Below the pieces are notes generated by a model that saw only the letters and a list, made by a program, of their open reading frames with translations, did not search any database and was not told the origin of the DNA. The position numbers were made by a program, and so were the translations under genes. Below, piece by piece: positions 1-13,832 of a DNA stretch of 64,000 nucleotides (the first letter of the stretch is position 1; each line of letters starts with the position of its first letter). This stretch comes from Mobula birostris. Taxonomy: Eukaryota. The stretch spans positions 44,525,590-44,589,589 of the forward strand of contig NC_092387.1 in assembly GCF_030028105.1 (NCBI RefSeq), given 5' to 3'.

Positions 1-630
1 CGTTAGGTGTTTGAGGAGACCTGGTATGTCACCAAAGACACTCGCAAATGTCTACAAGTATAGTGTGGAGAGCATTATAACTGGTTGCATCACCATCTGG
101 TAGGGAAGGGCACTGCACAGGATTGGAAAAAGCTGCAGAAAATTGTAAACTCACCCAGCTCCATCATGGGCACTAGCCTCCCCAACAACTAGGACACCTT
201 TAAAAGGTGATGCCTCAAAAAGACGGCATCCATCATTAAGGACTCCCATCACCCAGGACACGGCCCTCTTCTCAATGCTACCATGGAGGAGGAGATAAAG
301 GAGCCTGATGACACACACACTATGTTTTTAGGAACAGCTTCTTCCCCTCCGCCGTCATATTTATGAATAGACGATGAATCCATGAGCACTACTTCATTAT
401 ATTTTCTTCTCTTTTNNNNNNNNNNNNNNNNNNNNNNNNNNNNNNNNNNNNNNNNNNNNNNNNNNNNNNNNNNNNNNNNNNNNNNNNNNNNNNNNNNNNN
501 NNNNNNNNNNNNNNNNNNNNNNNNNNNNNNNNNNNNNNNNNNNNNNATACATTGCAATATACTGCTGCCCCAAACAACAAATTTCATGACATATATGACA
601 TATGCCAGTGATAGTAAACCTGATTCTGGG
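1..630 (+). mobile_element. Rex1/Babar-type LINE 3' fragment interrupted by an assembly gap
   Basis: Decayed ORF end (VESIITGCITIW...SIIKDSHHPGH) and 3' tail (gatagtaaacctgattctg) matching the copy at 1520-3160. Confidence 0.75.
416..546. other. Assembly gap (131 N)
   Basis: Run of N. Confidence 1.
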
Positions 631-1519
631 TCAAAGAATTTTACCCTTAGCTGTTCCTTAAATATTTCACCTTTCACCCTAAACCTATGAGCTCTAGTTC
701 CAGCCTCACCCATCCTAAGGGAAAAATGCCTGCATGCATGTATTTACCCTACAGTTTTGTATACCTCTGTAAGATCTCCCCTCATTTTCCTGCACTCCAT
801 GGAATACAGTCCATGGAATTAAGCCTTTCCTTCCAACTCGGGTCTTCAAGTCTTGGCAATATCCTTGTTCATTTTCTCTGCATTCTTTCAAGCTTATTTC
901 AAATAAAGGATAGCTTTTCACATTTGAAAAGTTGGGTAATGGTTTACAGGGATCAGTTGTAGGATCACCGTCAGTTACAGTTTAGCAATGATGATTTATA
1001 CTCTGGAATATTTGTGATTAATATCAGTTAGGGGAGGAGGGGATGATTGTATAATGAGGAATATAGCAACAAATTACAGAATATATCAATAGACTTCCAG
1101 AATTGCCGTATGATGGGCAAATTAAGCTCAACATAACTAAATCGGAGGTGGTATATTTTGGTTTGAAGAATACTAGGTAATTTGCTTTCATCCTTGCTGG
1201 TCCTTATCCACCGCACTTGCCAACCCAACCTCCACAGATGTACAGTACTTTGTTGCATATCTATCTCATTGGCCTACGAACGTGGAGTGGAGTCCAAGAC
1301 TAGTGAATAGTTTTGATTCCTTTAAGAAAAGGCGGGACCTGCAGATGTGTCAGAATGGAATACAATAAAGTGTTATGCTGTTTCAAGAGTGCTTTCAAGA
1401 GCAAAGAAACAATTCTGAGCAGGGTTGGATGCAACATCGGGTGCATGTCAACGCTGGCAGGGTTTGCAGGATATTGTTTCCTACAGAGAAATAACATGAT
1501 GAATAACAGGGAGGCTTCA

Positions 1520-3160
1520 CTACCATACGAGCTCAGTGCCTTCTACTATGCCCGCTTTGAAAGAGAGCATAACTACACCTGTGAAGATTCCTGCTGCACC
1601 TGGTGACCCTGTGATCTCTGCCTTGAGGCTGAGGTCAGACTCTCTTTCAAGGTGGCAGGCCCCGTTGGAGTTCCTGGTAAGGCTCTGAAAACTTATGCCA
1701 ATCAACTGGCAGGAGTATTCAAGGACATTTTCAACCTCTCACTGCTATATCTACTTCAAAAGAGCAACAATTATACCATTCCCAAATGAGTAGTGTGAGC
1801 TGCCTTAATGACTATTGTCTAGTAGCACTCTCATCTACAGTGATGAATTGCTTTGAGAGGTCAGTCATGCCTAGAATCAACTCCTGCCTAAGCAAGGACC
1901 TGGATCCACTGCAATTTGCCAATTTCACAGTAGGTCTACCGAAGAAACAATCTTAATGAATCTTCACACAGCCCTAGATCACCTAGACAATACAAAGACC
2001 TACATCAGGATGCTGTTGGTTGACTATAGCTCAGTGTTTACATCATCATTCTCATAGCCCTGATTGATAAGCTACAGAACCTGGGTCTCTGTGCCTCTCT
2101 CTGCAATTAGATCCTCCACTTCCTAAGTGGAAGACCACAATCTGTGTAGATTGGTAATAATATCTCTTCCTTGCTGATGATGAACACTGGCTAACCTCAG
2201 GGATGCGTGCATAGCCTAGTGTTCTACTCCCTCTATGCCCATGACTGTGTGGCTAGGTATAGCTCAAATGCCATCTATAAATTTGCTGATGATGATACAA
2301 CCATTGTTGGTAGAATCTCAGACAGGGCGTACAGGAGCGAGGGATACCAGCCAGTTGAGTGGTGTCGCAGCAACAACCTTGCACAATGTCAGTAGACCAA
2401 AGAACTGATTGTGGACTTCGGGAAGGGTAAAATGAGGGAACACAAACCAATCCTCATAGGGGGATCAGAAGTGGAGACTGTGAGAAATTTCATGTTCTTG
2501 GGTATCAAGATCTCTGAGGATCTAACCTGGTTCCAAAATATCGATGACGCTACAAAGAAGGCAAGGTGGTGGCTATATTATGTTAGGAGTTTGAGGAGAT
2601 TTGGTTTGTCACCTAAAACTCTCGAAAATTTGGACAGATGGACTGTGGAGAGCCTTGTGACAGGCTGCATCACTGTCTGGCATGGGAGTGGGGGTGTGGC
2701 TACTGCACAAGATAGAAAGAAGCTGCAGAAAGTTGTAAAATTAGTGAGGTCCATCTTGGGTACTAGTCACCGTAGTATCCAAGACATCTTCAAGGAACGG
2801 TGTCTCAGAAAGGCGGCGTATGTTATTAAGGACTCCCATCATCCAGGACATGCCGGCTTCTAATTGTTACCGTCAGGAAGGAGTAACAGAAGCCTGAAGG
2901 CACACACTCAGCGATTCAGGAACAGCTTCTTCCCCTCTGCCATCCATTTCCTAAATAGACATTGAAGCCATGAACACTACCTCATTTTTAAAAATATATT
3001 ATTTCTGTTTTTGCACAATTTTATTTTAACTACTTAATATCATATATACTTACTGTAATTGACTTAATTTTTTTTCTGTATTATCATGTATTGCATTGTA
3101 CTGCTGCCACTAAGTTAACAAATTTCATGATATATGCCGGTGATATTAATCCTGATTCTG
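1520..3160 (+). mobile_element. Rex1/Babar-type LINE, 5'-truncated and decayed RT
   Basis: Frameshifted RT motifs (FYARFE, DCVARYSSNAIYKFADD, WCRSNNL, ESLVTGCITVW) and 3' tail ending cctgattctg. Confidence 0.85.
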
Positions 3161-4284
3161 CTAGAATTACTTGAAAGAGGAGATGAATGGATCATAAAAG
3201 CTAGCTTGATTTTGTTGGGCTGAATAGTCTGTTCCTCTCCTGTGTATTTGGATGACCTTGCAATTTGTTTTCTAAATAGAATAGTGCAATTTATGCAGCA
3301 TCTTGTATTCCAATGAGCTATTTATAATGTTCCATTTTAAATGTTTGCTTTCAGCCCTCATGAAGCAATGGTAGTTTAAGTACATTCAATGGGATGAATG
3401 ATATGGAAAAGATCATTATTATTGTTTTAGAATTTTTAACGTAATACTTCAGGAAAATATTACAGAAACTGGTTTGTGTTACACTTTGTGAATAATATAA
3501 ATAGCTTCCTTAAATCTGTTAAAAGTATGTTCAAATTATTTGTATTTTTTCAACCTACATGCTTAAAATAGAATTTTTACAATAGTAACTTACTGTGGTT
3601 CCAGTCGCTGCCTTTATTAACACTCTCCTTCTCTATTTAGCATGTCAGATGTGATAAATTTCTGTGGTGTTTCCATGCAGGTACATGTGCCTCCATGCAA
3701 ACTTGTGCTGCACCAGTAAGTCAATTTTGTTTTGTAAATAAAATATATTTGCTCCAGATTGTTAATTCTCTCCAAGTTATCGCTGTATTGTTCTGTGGGA
3801 TCATGCCTATGGAGAATTACGTTTAACTTGGCTAAACTCACTTAATAAGTTTTAACTGAGGGATCTTTTATTATGTTTGTTCAAAGATGTTCGTCTTATT
3901 TTCACACTGAGCTGTTTTAATCCATTTTATTCCTGGATTTTTATTTGAATAATAAAAAGTAATGGGTTGAGCTATGCCTCTGTTTTATTTGAGTGATTAA
4001 TCTTTTTGGGATAAAATTTAGTTAGTTTCACCTTTTGGAACAGACAAAGCAAACCATTTGAAATAGTTTGTCATCCTTCCTCTACATTGTTTAAACTTAA
4101 TTACCATTTGGAAGCAATTGACTTAAAATTGTGTCCCATTATGACTGGTTTCTTTTCATTCTTGAATGTGGGTGAGGCAGGCAAGACTGTCATTTATTAC
4201 TCATTCTTTGTAGCATGATAGCAGTGGGTTGCTTCAGTGTATTGATTTGAAAGAACCATGTAGGCAGTTGTGACCCACTTAAAC

Positions 4285-4735
4285 ACAAGACATTCTGAAG
4301 ATGTTCGAAATTTTGAGGAGTACACAGAAAATGCTAGAGGAACTCTCTTAGTCAGTTATCGTCTATGGAGGAGAATAAACAGGGGTGAGATGTCCTTTCC
4401 TCCTTACCTGCCCATCATCTCCCTCCGGTTCCCTTCCCTTTCTTCCATGGTCCACTCTCCTCTGCTGGTAGATTCCTCCTTCAGTCCTTTACCTCTTCCA
4501 CCTATCCCCTCCCAGCTTATTCCTTCAACCCCACCCCACTCACTGACCCACCTTCCATGTCACCTAGTTTCACTTATCACCTGCCAACTTGTACTACTTC
4601 CCTTTTCCTCACCACCTTATTCTAGCTTCTGACCCCTTTGTTTCCAATTCTAATAAAGGGTCTTGGCCAGAAATGGCAACTGTTTATTCCCCTCTGTAGC
4701 TGCTGCCTGACTTGCTGAGTTACTCCAGTATTTTG
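4285..4735 (+). mobile_element. Old Penelope-like 3' fragment with a short inverted arm and decayed hammerhead motif
   Basis: Pyrimidine-rich tract, then ctaataaagggtcttggccagaaa...gctgcctgacttgctgagttactccag; the left part is a degenerate reverse complement of the same terminus. Confidence 0.6.
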
Positions 4736-6888
4736 GACTGGAGTCATGTTTAATTTAGATTTAAGGACAGAAAGTTTTCCCTTAAAATACAAGAGCCTGT
4801 TGGATTCTTGCTGGTAAGTAATCCAGTTATTTCAGACACTCCTTCAGTTATCAGTTTTTAATTTTCTCAAAACTATCATGGTAGGATTTGAACTATTTTT
4901 TATAACTCAGGTCTCTACTAAAATTCTGTTAATATGAACACTGCATTGTTTCGGCAAGTACTTGCACTTTTTGGACAGCTTAGTTTTCCCAAGTATTTTT
5001 AGATTAATTTCAGATGTTAAAGTATGGATTCTCATGATACTAAATAATGAATAAAATTATCCTTCTCCTCCTCCCCTCAAAAATAATCCGTGAAATACTT
5101 ATTACATTTTTTAAAATGTCCATAATGGAGAAATAAATGTAGACGCCCTCTGATTGTTGTGTGGTTGGAATAGTTGATCGCAGGGATGAGCAAAAACAAC
5201 TCCTCTCAGGAGATCATTAAGCAATTTGCACTGAACTGAAACTTCCTTTCATGTTTGTTCAAGCACATGATCTTTAATCCAGCAAATGAATTCATATTGC
5301 ATATTTTGATAATCGTTTGTTTAGATTTTGTTAAGTAATCATACATTAATAAGTTCTAACATTCATTGAGATATTGCATTTTTAAGATTCCAAGGAAGCT
5401 GCTGCTGTCTTCAGGAGTGGGGTTGTTTTACCTAACTATTAAACACATTGCAGTAATTAGTCTTTTAGACCGAGAATGAAATACTGAAAATGTATTTATT
5501 GGGTTAATTATAGATGGAGAGATGATTGGAGGCTGCAGTGCTCATTAACAACTGATCAACGAATTACTAAAACAAAATAAGTCTTTATTTTATTTAAATT
5601 TTATACCTCCATGCCATCAAAGCGTAGAAGGCTCTTCAATAAGTGCTTCTGTGAATTGTAGTTACTGTAGATTGTAGTTTTTGTGTAAATTGTAAAATGT
5701 TTCAGTCTGTTGCATCAGTAGGAAGATTGTAGGTAGATCGTTTTGTAGGATCACCAGTGTTCACTAAATAACGATGAATGTGACATTTTTAAAATTTCCA
5801 CTCCCCCCAATTTGGTTACTGAGACTGTTAATTTCTGTGGAATTAACTTTTCAGTCTTGAATGACCAAACTCTTGAACCATACTAAAATGCTAAGTAATA
5901 TTCAGTCTATTTATCCTACCCCTGCATTCTTGAGTATTTTAGGCTGCTGTGTGATTCTTTTGAGAGGTGTGGTGTGATGGGTGTCAGGGACAAGTGCCTC
6001 CACAATCATGTGCTTTGGCTTTGTAGGTTTATTTCTATGGTAACTGTGTGCGTTTCGCAGGGACTTAGTCATTTGGTATGAGCTGTGGCCAGTCTATTTC
6101 CCAGGTTAATACAGTAATCCAGCCTGTGCAATATTAGAATTCTATGTACCAAGATATTGGTGTGTCTAAATATTTGGCAAAAAAAAAGCACTCGAACAGT
6201 AACCATGAAGGATTTTTGTATTGACCAAGGAAAAATTATTCCTATTGTAATGTGCATTATTCTGTTTGAAATAAACCGCATTTCTACTTTATTTGTATTG
6301 TATTTGATTGGCATAGCAATATACTAAGCAAACTATCGTCTTGTGTCCCAGTTTTCTAACAAAGTATTTTTTTCTCTGCTGGTAGTACAAAAATTTCATT
6401 TATTTCCTTCTGTCTGTTCCATCTCCATGTTATTATTCAGTAGCCTTTACCATCCCTTTAGCCAGTAGAATAACCTGCTATCCCTCCTATTACATACTTC
6501 CCTTTTATTCTTTTCCTGTAATTCTCAGCAAATTAGAATAAATTTCCTCCCAGCTTTCCACTTCAGATGAAAGGTCATTATCTCTGTGTTCTCTCCCTTG
6601 ATCTGCTGTATTACCCGAGTATTTCCAGCATTGTTTTTAAGTATCATGGAATTGATCGACTGTGGGCTTTAAAATCAACTTGTCTGTATTCTCAAGTGTT
6701 TCATGGTGGTGCTTTCTGCGAACACAAAAATAAGGGCTTAATATTCCAGTTTAGTCACTAATTTTAGATGAAAATTAGTATAATCAAATAAAACAGCTAA
6801 TATTTCTTTTGGTTGATAAAACTAAAAGATTAAGTTACAGGATGTGAATTTTGGCTTTTTTTGTAAGTCACTTTAAAAGTGGAAAATA

Positions 6889-8524
6889 CAGTGCCTATAA
6901 AAAATATTCACCCCCTTGAAAGTTTTCATGTTTTATTGCTTTACATCATTGAATCTCAGTGGATTTAGTTTGGCTTTTTGACACTGATCAACAGAACAGA
7001 CTCTCATGTCAAAGTGAAAACAAATTTCTACAAATTGGTCTAAATTTATTACAATTATTGAACACAAAATGATTGATTGCTAATTACTCAAACCTTCAAG
7101 CCAATATTTAGGAGAGGCAGCTCTGGTAGCAGTACACCCTTGAGTCTGTGTGGATAAGTCTCGATCAGTTTTGCACATCTGGACACTAACTTTTCCTCAT
7201 TTTTTTTTTCTTTACAAAACTGCTCAAGTACTGTCAGATTGCATGGGGATCGAGAGTGAACAGCCATTTTCAAGTCCAGCCACAAATTGTTAATTGGATT
7301 AAGGTCTGGACTCTGACTTGGCCATTCCAGGACATTAACATTGTTGTTTTTAAGTTATTCCTGTGAACCTTTAAATCTGCTAATTAAACTTGCTGACGAT
7401 ACTACACTGACAGGCCTAATCTCAAATAATAATGAGGCAGCCTACAGAGAAGAAGTCATCACCCTGACACACCGGTGCCAAGAAAACAGCCTCTCCCTCA
7501 ATGTCGCAAAAACAAAGGAGCCGTTTGTGGACTACAGGGGGAATGGAGACGGGTAGATTGGAGCTGTGGGTGGCGACACAGTCATGGGTATACAGAGAGT
7601 AAATGGAGATCACTAGTGTACAATCAAGGTGTTTCTGTTGATTGTTGTAAAAATACACCTGTATCTGAAAGGTTCAACTGCTGGTGAGTCAGTATCCTCA
7701 CAAAAACTACACCATGAAGTCAAAAGAACACTCCAAGAAACTCTGAAAAAAGGTTTTTGAAAAGCACAGACCATAGCCCCTGTTGACATCAATGGATCTG
7801 GGGTTGGGATGGTTGAAGAAGTTTGGTATGGGCCTCAAAATCCTAAGAATTTAGGATTCTGCAGAGTGGTGCGGACAGCCCAGTGCATCTGCAGATGTGA
7901 ACTTCCCACTATTCAGGACATTTACAAAGACAGGTTGTAGAAAGGGCTCAGGGATCATTGGGGACCTGAAGAACCCTATCCACAAACTGTTCCAGCTGCT
8001 ACCATCCAGGAAACGGTACCGCAGCATAAAAGCTAGGACCAACAGGCTCTGGGACAGCATCTTCCACCAGGCCATCATACTGCTTAATTCATGCTGATAC
8101 AACTGTATTTCTATGTTATATTGTTGTACATACTATTTATTATAAAATTACTATAAATTGCACATTGCACATTTAGACGGAGACATAACTTCAAGATTCT
8201 TACCCCTCATTTATATGAAGGATATAAGTAATAAAATCAATTCAATTCAATTAATTATGTGACTTCTTAAACCAATTGGCTGCACCAGTGATGATTTGGT
8301 GTGTCATATTAAAGAGGATGAATCTTTATGCAATCAATTATTTTATGCTTTATGTTTGTAATTAATTTAGATAATTTTGTAGAGATCTGTTTTCACTTTG
8401 ATACGAAAGAGTCTTTTTCTGTTGATCAGTCAAATAAAGCCAAATTAAATTCACAGTGATTCAATGTTGTAAAACAACAAAACATGAAAACTTCCAGTAG
8501 GGTGAATACTTGTTACTGGCACTG
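6889..8524 (-). mobile_element. Tc1-like DNA transposon, internally deleted, long inverted repeats, with nested Rex1 insertion
   Basis: TA|cagtgcctataaaaaatattcaccc ... gggtgaatacttgttactggcactg|TA; transposase C-terminal remnant on - (SRCAKLIETYPHRL, ORF 7088-7285). Confidence 0.85.
7369..8250 (+). mobile_element. Rearranged Rex1/Babar fragment nested in Tc1
   Basis: NLLIKLADDTTLTGLISNNNEAAYREEV; LFQLLPSRKRYRSIKARTNRL; tail (caatt)n. Confidence 0.8.
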
Positions 8525-10113
8525 TATGTGTGCCAACCAGATTTGCAGTACACCGAATGAATGTGTTTTCCCAATATTTACTCATTTAAGTGTGGCTTAT
8601 AGCATTAAATCATGTTTATGCTCCTTTTGGTGCTTTGTTTACCAATGAGATGGGTGAAAATCTAGGACTGGTGTCAAATAATCACTCATCAGGGATTTGT
8701 GCAGAGTGCTTATTTTACTGTTCGATCCCATCACATATTAAGCTTATTGCTGAAAATCATCAGTAAATTGTACTTTTTAGTAATGTTACTACAGCACCTG
8801 CTAAAGCGTTAAATAACAAGTCATTTGAGAGAGAGAGAGATTATTATGAAAGAAGATATGGAATTATAAGAATTGTGATTTAGGCTTCTGGTTGCCGATG
8901 ACATTGGTTGAGTTGATCTTTTGGCTTGTTAACGTTGATTTCACCCTTATGGGCAAAGCATTGCAGATTGGCTGAGATTTGAGTGTTGCATTCTGTGTGA
9001 GTACTAAGTGAAAGTATTTTAGTAAAAATTAAACATACAAACAGTATGCCATTCTGTAAGACCCTTTTAACAATCACATATCCTGAGGCTCACAGTTGAA
9101 GAGGTATACGTGGTGCTATTTGCTGTCAACCTGAGTGGGAAAGATACAGAAGTTCTTGATTAGCATTATTTTTAAAATGGTGTCAAGTGTGACCACACCA
9201 ATGCTGTAGTCAAAAAATCTTAAAATATACAGTGAAACAGGAGTTTGACTCATTGTGCAAGCAAACAACTTTGATCACTAGTCCATCAGGCACTGTGGTC
9301 AGAATAGAGCATACTGTAGGCATTGCAGAACAGGAATACTATGGATTTTGTGGGTTTATTTCTTGAGCAGACGATCAAAACTATCTGTACCAAAGACCTT
9401 ACTCAACTAGGTGTGAGAGGTGCCCTCCCAGTCAAACATAATATCCCCAATATATGCTTCCCTCAGGACAACTGTGTTGGAGATGAAATAGTCACCCACC
9501 TCTTAGCAAACTGGATTTTCTTAAATGGTGTGGAGACAGGTGCAAAAGTACATTCCTCTTTTCATCCATGGTATCTGCGCAACAGAGGACTCCGATCTGT
9601 GGACTATTCTTGGGGTGGGGGGGGCAATAAATGGGAACACATCAAAGTCAAGTGCTGCTGGAAGGTCATCAACTCAGTGAAGGATACCTTTGGTGTGCCC
9701 AAAACTTAACTGTTCTTCCAGCACAGTGAGATGCCTGCAAAAGAATGCTGCAGACTGGCACAGACCAGCCTGCAGGAGTACGTACTGAGGCATGCACTGA
9801 AGCTTGCTGCTGCTAATGTAAAGGTTCTGTGAGGAAGGACCACAGTATTGGCTCATTTCACTACACATATGGAAGAAAGAAGTTCGTTGGTGAAGCCCCC
9901 CCCCACCATCAATGAAAAGGGTAAGATCTTAAGAAAACCATGTGAGTGACAATGGTGCTCTATTTGTGTGTGTTGTCTAAAGTTTATACTACTAAAAGTG
10001 ACAACCATTTTCATTGTTTCTTCCTTTGCATATACTGTATATTTTTTATGAAGTCTACTTTTGAAATTAAAATAATTGTGCTTGGCTTGGTCTTTGAAAT
10101 AGTTTTTCAGGTA

Positions 10114-11261
10114 CAGGTTTTCCCCTGCCATCCGAAGGTAGACCGTCCCTGTGAAACAGTTTGTAAGCCAGAATGTCGTAAAGTGAAGAAGCAATTAGCA
10201 TTTATTTATATGGGAAAAATTTGTGAGCGTTCGCAGACCCAAAAAATAACCTACCAAATCATGCCAAATTACACATAAAACCTAAAATAACAGTTACATA
10301 AAGTAAAAACAGGAATGATGTGATAAATACACAACCTATATAAAGTAGAAATACTTTTCTACAATCGTTGCCGCACTGTTCTCCGTAGCGAAAATCTCGC
10401 ACAAGCACTCTCGGCAGAAACACAGCGCAAGCACTCTTGGCAGAAACAGGGCGCAAGTGCTCTCGGCAGAAACACCCTCTCCAGTAACCTTTAAGCTGTG
10501 AATCTGCCAAATCATACCAAATAGCACATAAGAATACACAGCCTATAAAAAGTAGAAATAATGTATGTACAGTGTAGTGTCAGTTACGGGAATTGGGAAG
10601 ACAGTGCCGAGCACACTGATGATGGTGTGTTAGGCTGAGTTGTCGGAGGTGGGGGTGGTGCAGTGGTCCCCAACCTCCGGGCAGCGAACTGATACCGATC
10701 GGCGGAGAATGCAGCGGTAGCCGGGACGCACCCAGCACATCTTTAAGAAAAAAGCCGAAATAAACAAGCTAATTAATTAGGTGCTGCCTGGCACGTGATT
10801 AATTAGCTTGTTTATTTCGGCTTTTTTCTTAAAGATGTGCTGGGTGCGTCCCGGCTACCACTGCATTCGCCGCGCAATGTATCGGTCTGCGGCCCGGAGG
10901 TTGGGACCACTGGGGTGTCATTTCATCGTCGTCTGTTTCCATCAGGGCAGGCAGATCATCTTCTTCTATCTCGAAACGCTTAATTATGTTTAGTTTTACA
11001 CTAAGTGTAACACCCTTACGAGCTCTTTCAGGCTTTTCCAATACCTTGGAACTCATCTTGCTAACGACTGCTCACAGGCACATGTTTAAGCAATGCCAGC
11101 TAGAATGCGGTTCCGGGGAGGAACTCGGCTGCTCGGGGTGAGTGATACCTTTTTTCGTAATGGTGAAAACACCTTCTGTTAGTGAAAACAGGTAACTAAT
11201 GTAGGTCTTCCGTAACAGCGAGGTTTTGTAAAGCGAACGTTCGAAAAGTGGTGGACACCTG
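10114..11261 (-). mobile_element. Tigger/pogo-like non-autonomous DNA transposon
   Basis: TA|caggttttccc ... ggacacctg|TA; - strand remnant RARKGVTLSVKLNIIKRFE resembles the CENP-B-type N-terminal HTH of Tigger transposases. Confidence 0.75.
10661..10912. mobile_element. Near-fully palindromic MITE with hAT-like termini nested in the Tigger-like element
   Basis: cagtggtccccaacc ... ggttgggaccactg; the arms are reverse complements for about 120 bp; only a partial TSD (gggtg). Confidence 0.75.
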
Positions 11262-12289
11262 TAACGCTTTTTAAAGATTATCTGTCAACACAACAATTTC
11301 TCTCCCCCAGTTTGAGTATATCAAATTTCCTGAATTGTGGAAAGAGATTTCTGATAGGTGTTTGGACATTTCTCACATTGTGGGTGGAATATAAATGCAT
11401 AAGGTATACTGCCAGATGACCATAGCAGATCAGGCAGCATCTGTAGAGGGAAATGGGCAGTCAACATTTCGGGTTGAGATCCTTCACCTGAATATAAATG
11501 TATGTTGTTGTTGAAGCAATAACCTTCTGAGATTATAACATACTCCTTAGTGACCCCATTTTAAAAAGACAAGGCACCAAAGAAATCGAGATACCAGTTA
11601 GTTAATAAATTCTTTTGAGTTATACATATTATTTTACAGAAAGGGCTTAATTTTGCTGCTTGTATTTTCAACTAGGTACCAGAGTTGGATTTGGTGAATC
11701 CAGCAGAAGGAGAATCACAGTTAATGTTTGTACTGCTAATCCTTTCCACTTATCTCAGTTATAAGAAACTAATGAACTTGCATTTCTATAAGTACTCTGT
11801 TGTGTCTGCATTTTAGTAAATTAAGATTTTATTTTACTGTAATTAGATTTCAAGTTGGGTCATGAAGGTGGATCAATTTGAGCTGTTTCTGCATTTATTT
11901 TCAGACTCCACTACATTTGTCTTACAACAAGCTGCACCTATGGGTTCTGTTCTGTCATTTTCCCTGCCACTTTGGCTTGTGCATAATTTTAAAGCACAAT
12001 GTTTGTGGCAATTTTCTGCCTTGAACCATAGTTGTGAAGCATAATGCAAGTATACAGTGTTGCAGTAAGCACTCAGCTCACATTGGAACAACACTACGCA
12101 TAGAAGATCTGTTTTAAAAACAGCATTTAGATGTTTGTTTTATAGTTTGCAGGTGAGAACTGTAACCACCGAAGCAGCATAAAGGTCATTGAAATAATCA
12201 GTAATTTATTTTGCTAGTTGGAGAAACATGGAGCAGAACAATAAGCCTTTTGTTGTTTTTCAATATTGCCCTGGAATATTTATTGGGTA

Positions 12290-12460
12290 CACTTGAAGTG
12301 GAGGTTGATAGTTTCTTGATTAGTAAGGGCATCAAAGGTTACGGTGAGAAGGCAGGAGAATGGGTTGAGTGGGATAATAAATGAGCCATGATGGAATGGC
12401 AGAACAGACTCGATGGGCCAAATGGTCTAATTCTGTTCCTGTGTCTTCTGGTGTTATGGT
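12290..12460 (+). mobile_element. CR1 LINE 3' end fragment
   Basis: gaggttgatagtttcttgattagtaagggcatcaaaggttacgg...gatgggccaaatggtctaattctgttcct resembles the CR1 3' ends elsewhere in the window. Confidence 0.7.
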
Positions 12461-13257
12461 GTTGTGTTTCTTCTTGGACAGTCCCAGAGGATCAAGGGTG
12501 ACTTGCTTCCACTCTGGTTTTGCGGTCTTGAATGAGACTAATGTAGGAATGATGGACTCTTTGTGCTGAAGGGGTTGGCAGATGGCTAAGTTCTGAGGCA
12601 GTACATGGTCTCCAGGCATGCACGGGGTTCTGTGCTCCTGATGCATGATATCGAGACTTTTAAACCCTCTGAATGCTCCTTTACTTTGAGTGGTCATGAT
12701 TCAGAGGTCCCCAGGAATCAGAGATGTTGCATGTCTTCACAGAAAATTTGAGAATATCCTTGAATCTTATTTCATTTGGCCTTGTAATTTCCCTTGAATA
12801 GAGTCAGTTAGTCTTAGGAGTCTTATGTATGCAAATATCATTGCCAGCCTAGTGTAGCTGACTGAAATAAACTAGGGTCTCAATACTGAGAAGGTTTACC
12901 TAAGAAAGGTCCCAGAGGTTGATTAGCCTCTCCTTCAGTAGATCTGGAGGATTTTGTGGGGTCACTAAAGGTGGTATTTTTCAGAGCCTGAAGATATTTC
13001 TATGCGTAACTGTGATATCTGTCAATATTGTAGCCAAGAATTAGTTGTTGGGGACAGCACTGGGAGTTAGTGGTCAGGTTAGGGTTTAAGGGCAGGTTAT
13101 GGGGGGAGTTAGAGGTCAAGAGCAATAAATGTCTGGGTATGAGTTGAAGTCCAGGTTGGTGCACTCTGCAGTCGAATGTTAACAATAGTGAAGGTTGAGT
13201 TGGTAGGTACTGTGAAGACCAAAAATGGCTGGAACAGATGCCAGATGGTAAAGAGGC

Positions 13258-13832
13258 CTACTACTATTGCATCGACTCAGGCCTAGGGGGCTGGCGTCGG
13301 GTATGATGACAGACTCTCCACTTCTCCCTCTCCCTCATTGGTGTGTTCAGTTCATCTGCATTAGCTGCACCACTGTCTTCTGGGAGCGTATTGACCATAG
13401 TCTTGGGAGGGTGCCCAGGGTTCATCCTCCTGTGCTTAGGCTCCCATATGATGACTAGGCTGGCAGGTAGCTGAGGGTGGTGTAGACAGCGCCCCGCTAG
13501 TTGCAGTCTTCTTGCCTCGATTTTAGTGGTGAACATTGGTAGGTCGTCACAGAGCTCGATGTTCGTCATGTGCTGTTGCCAACTCACGTCAAGAGCCACC
13601 CGGAGCATTCGTGTACAGCAACCATCTAGAGACTTCTGCATAGCCTTGAGTGTCCATGTCTCATATCCGTACTCTATAACTGCTATGAAGATTCTCTTTT
13701 TAAGCCCTCTGGTCAGGTTCGACTTCCAAATTTCTTTCATGTCATTCATAGCCCTCCATGCCTGTGTCTTCCGTATCTTTATATCCTTCTCCAAACTCAT
13801 CGTTGTTGACCCTAAGTACTTGAAGCCATATA
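13258..13832 (-). mobile_element. RTE-clade LINE 3' fragment
   Basis: ORF 13264-13800 (EKDIKIRKTQAW, YGYETWTL, RRLQLAG, IWEP) preceded by FKYLGS; short (TAG)n tail. Confidence 0.8.

Noticed and set aside
249-713. ORFs containing X runs
   Set aside because: Artefacts of reading through the N gap inside a LINE fragment.
10395-10475. Three ~30-bp repeats (gcaagcactctcggcagaaaca) resembling a small array
   Set aside because: No unique spacers, eukaryotic context, internal to a DNA transposon; not CRISPR.
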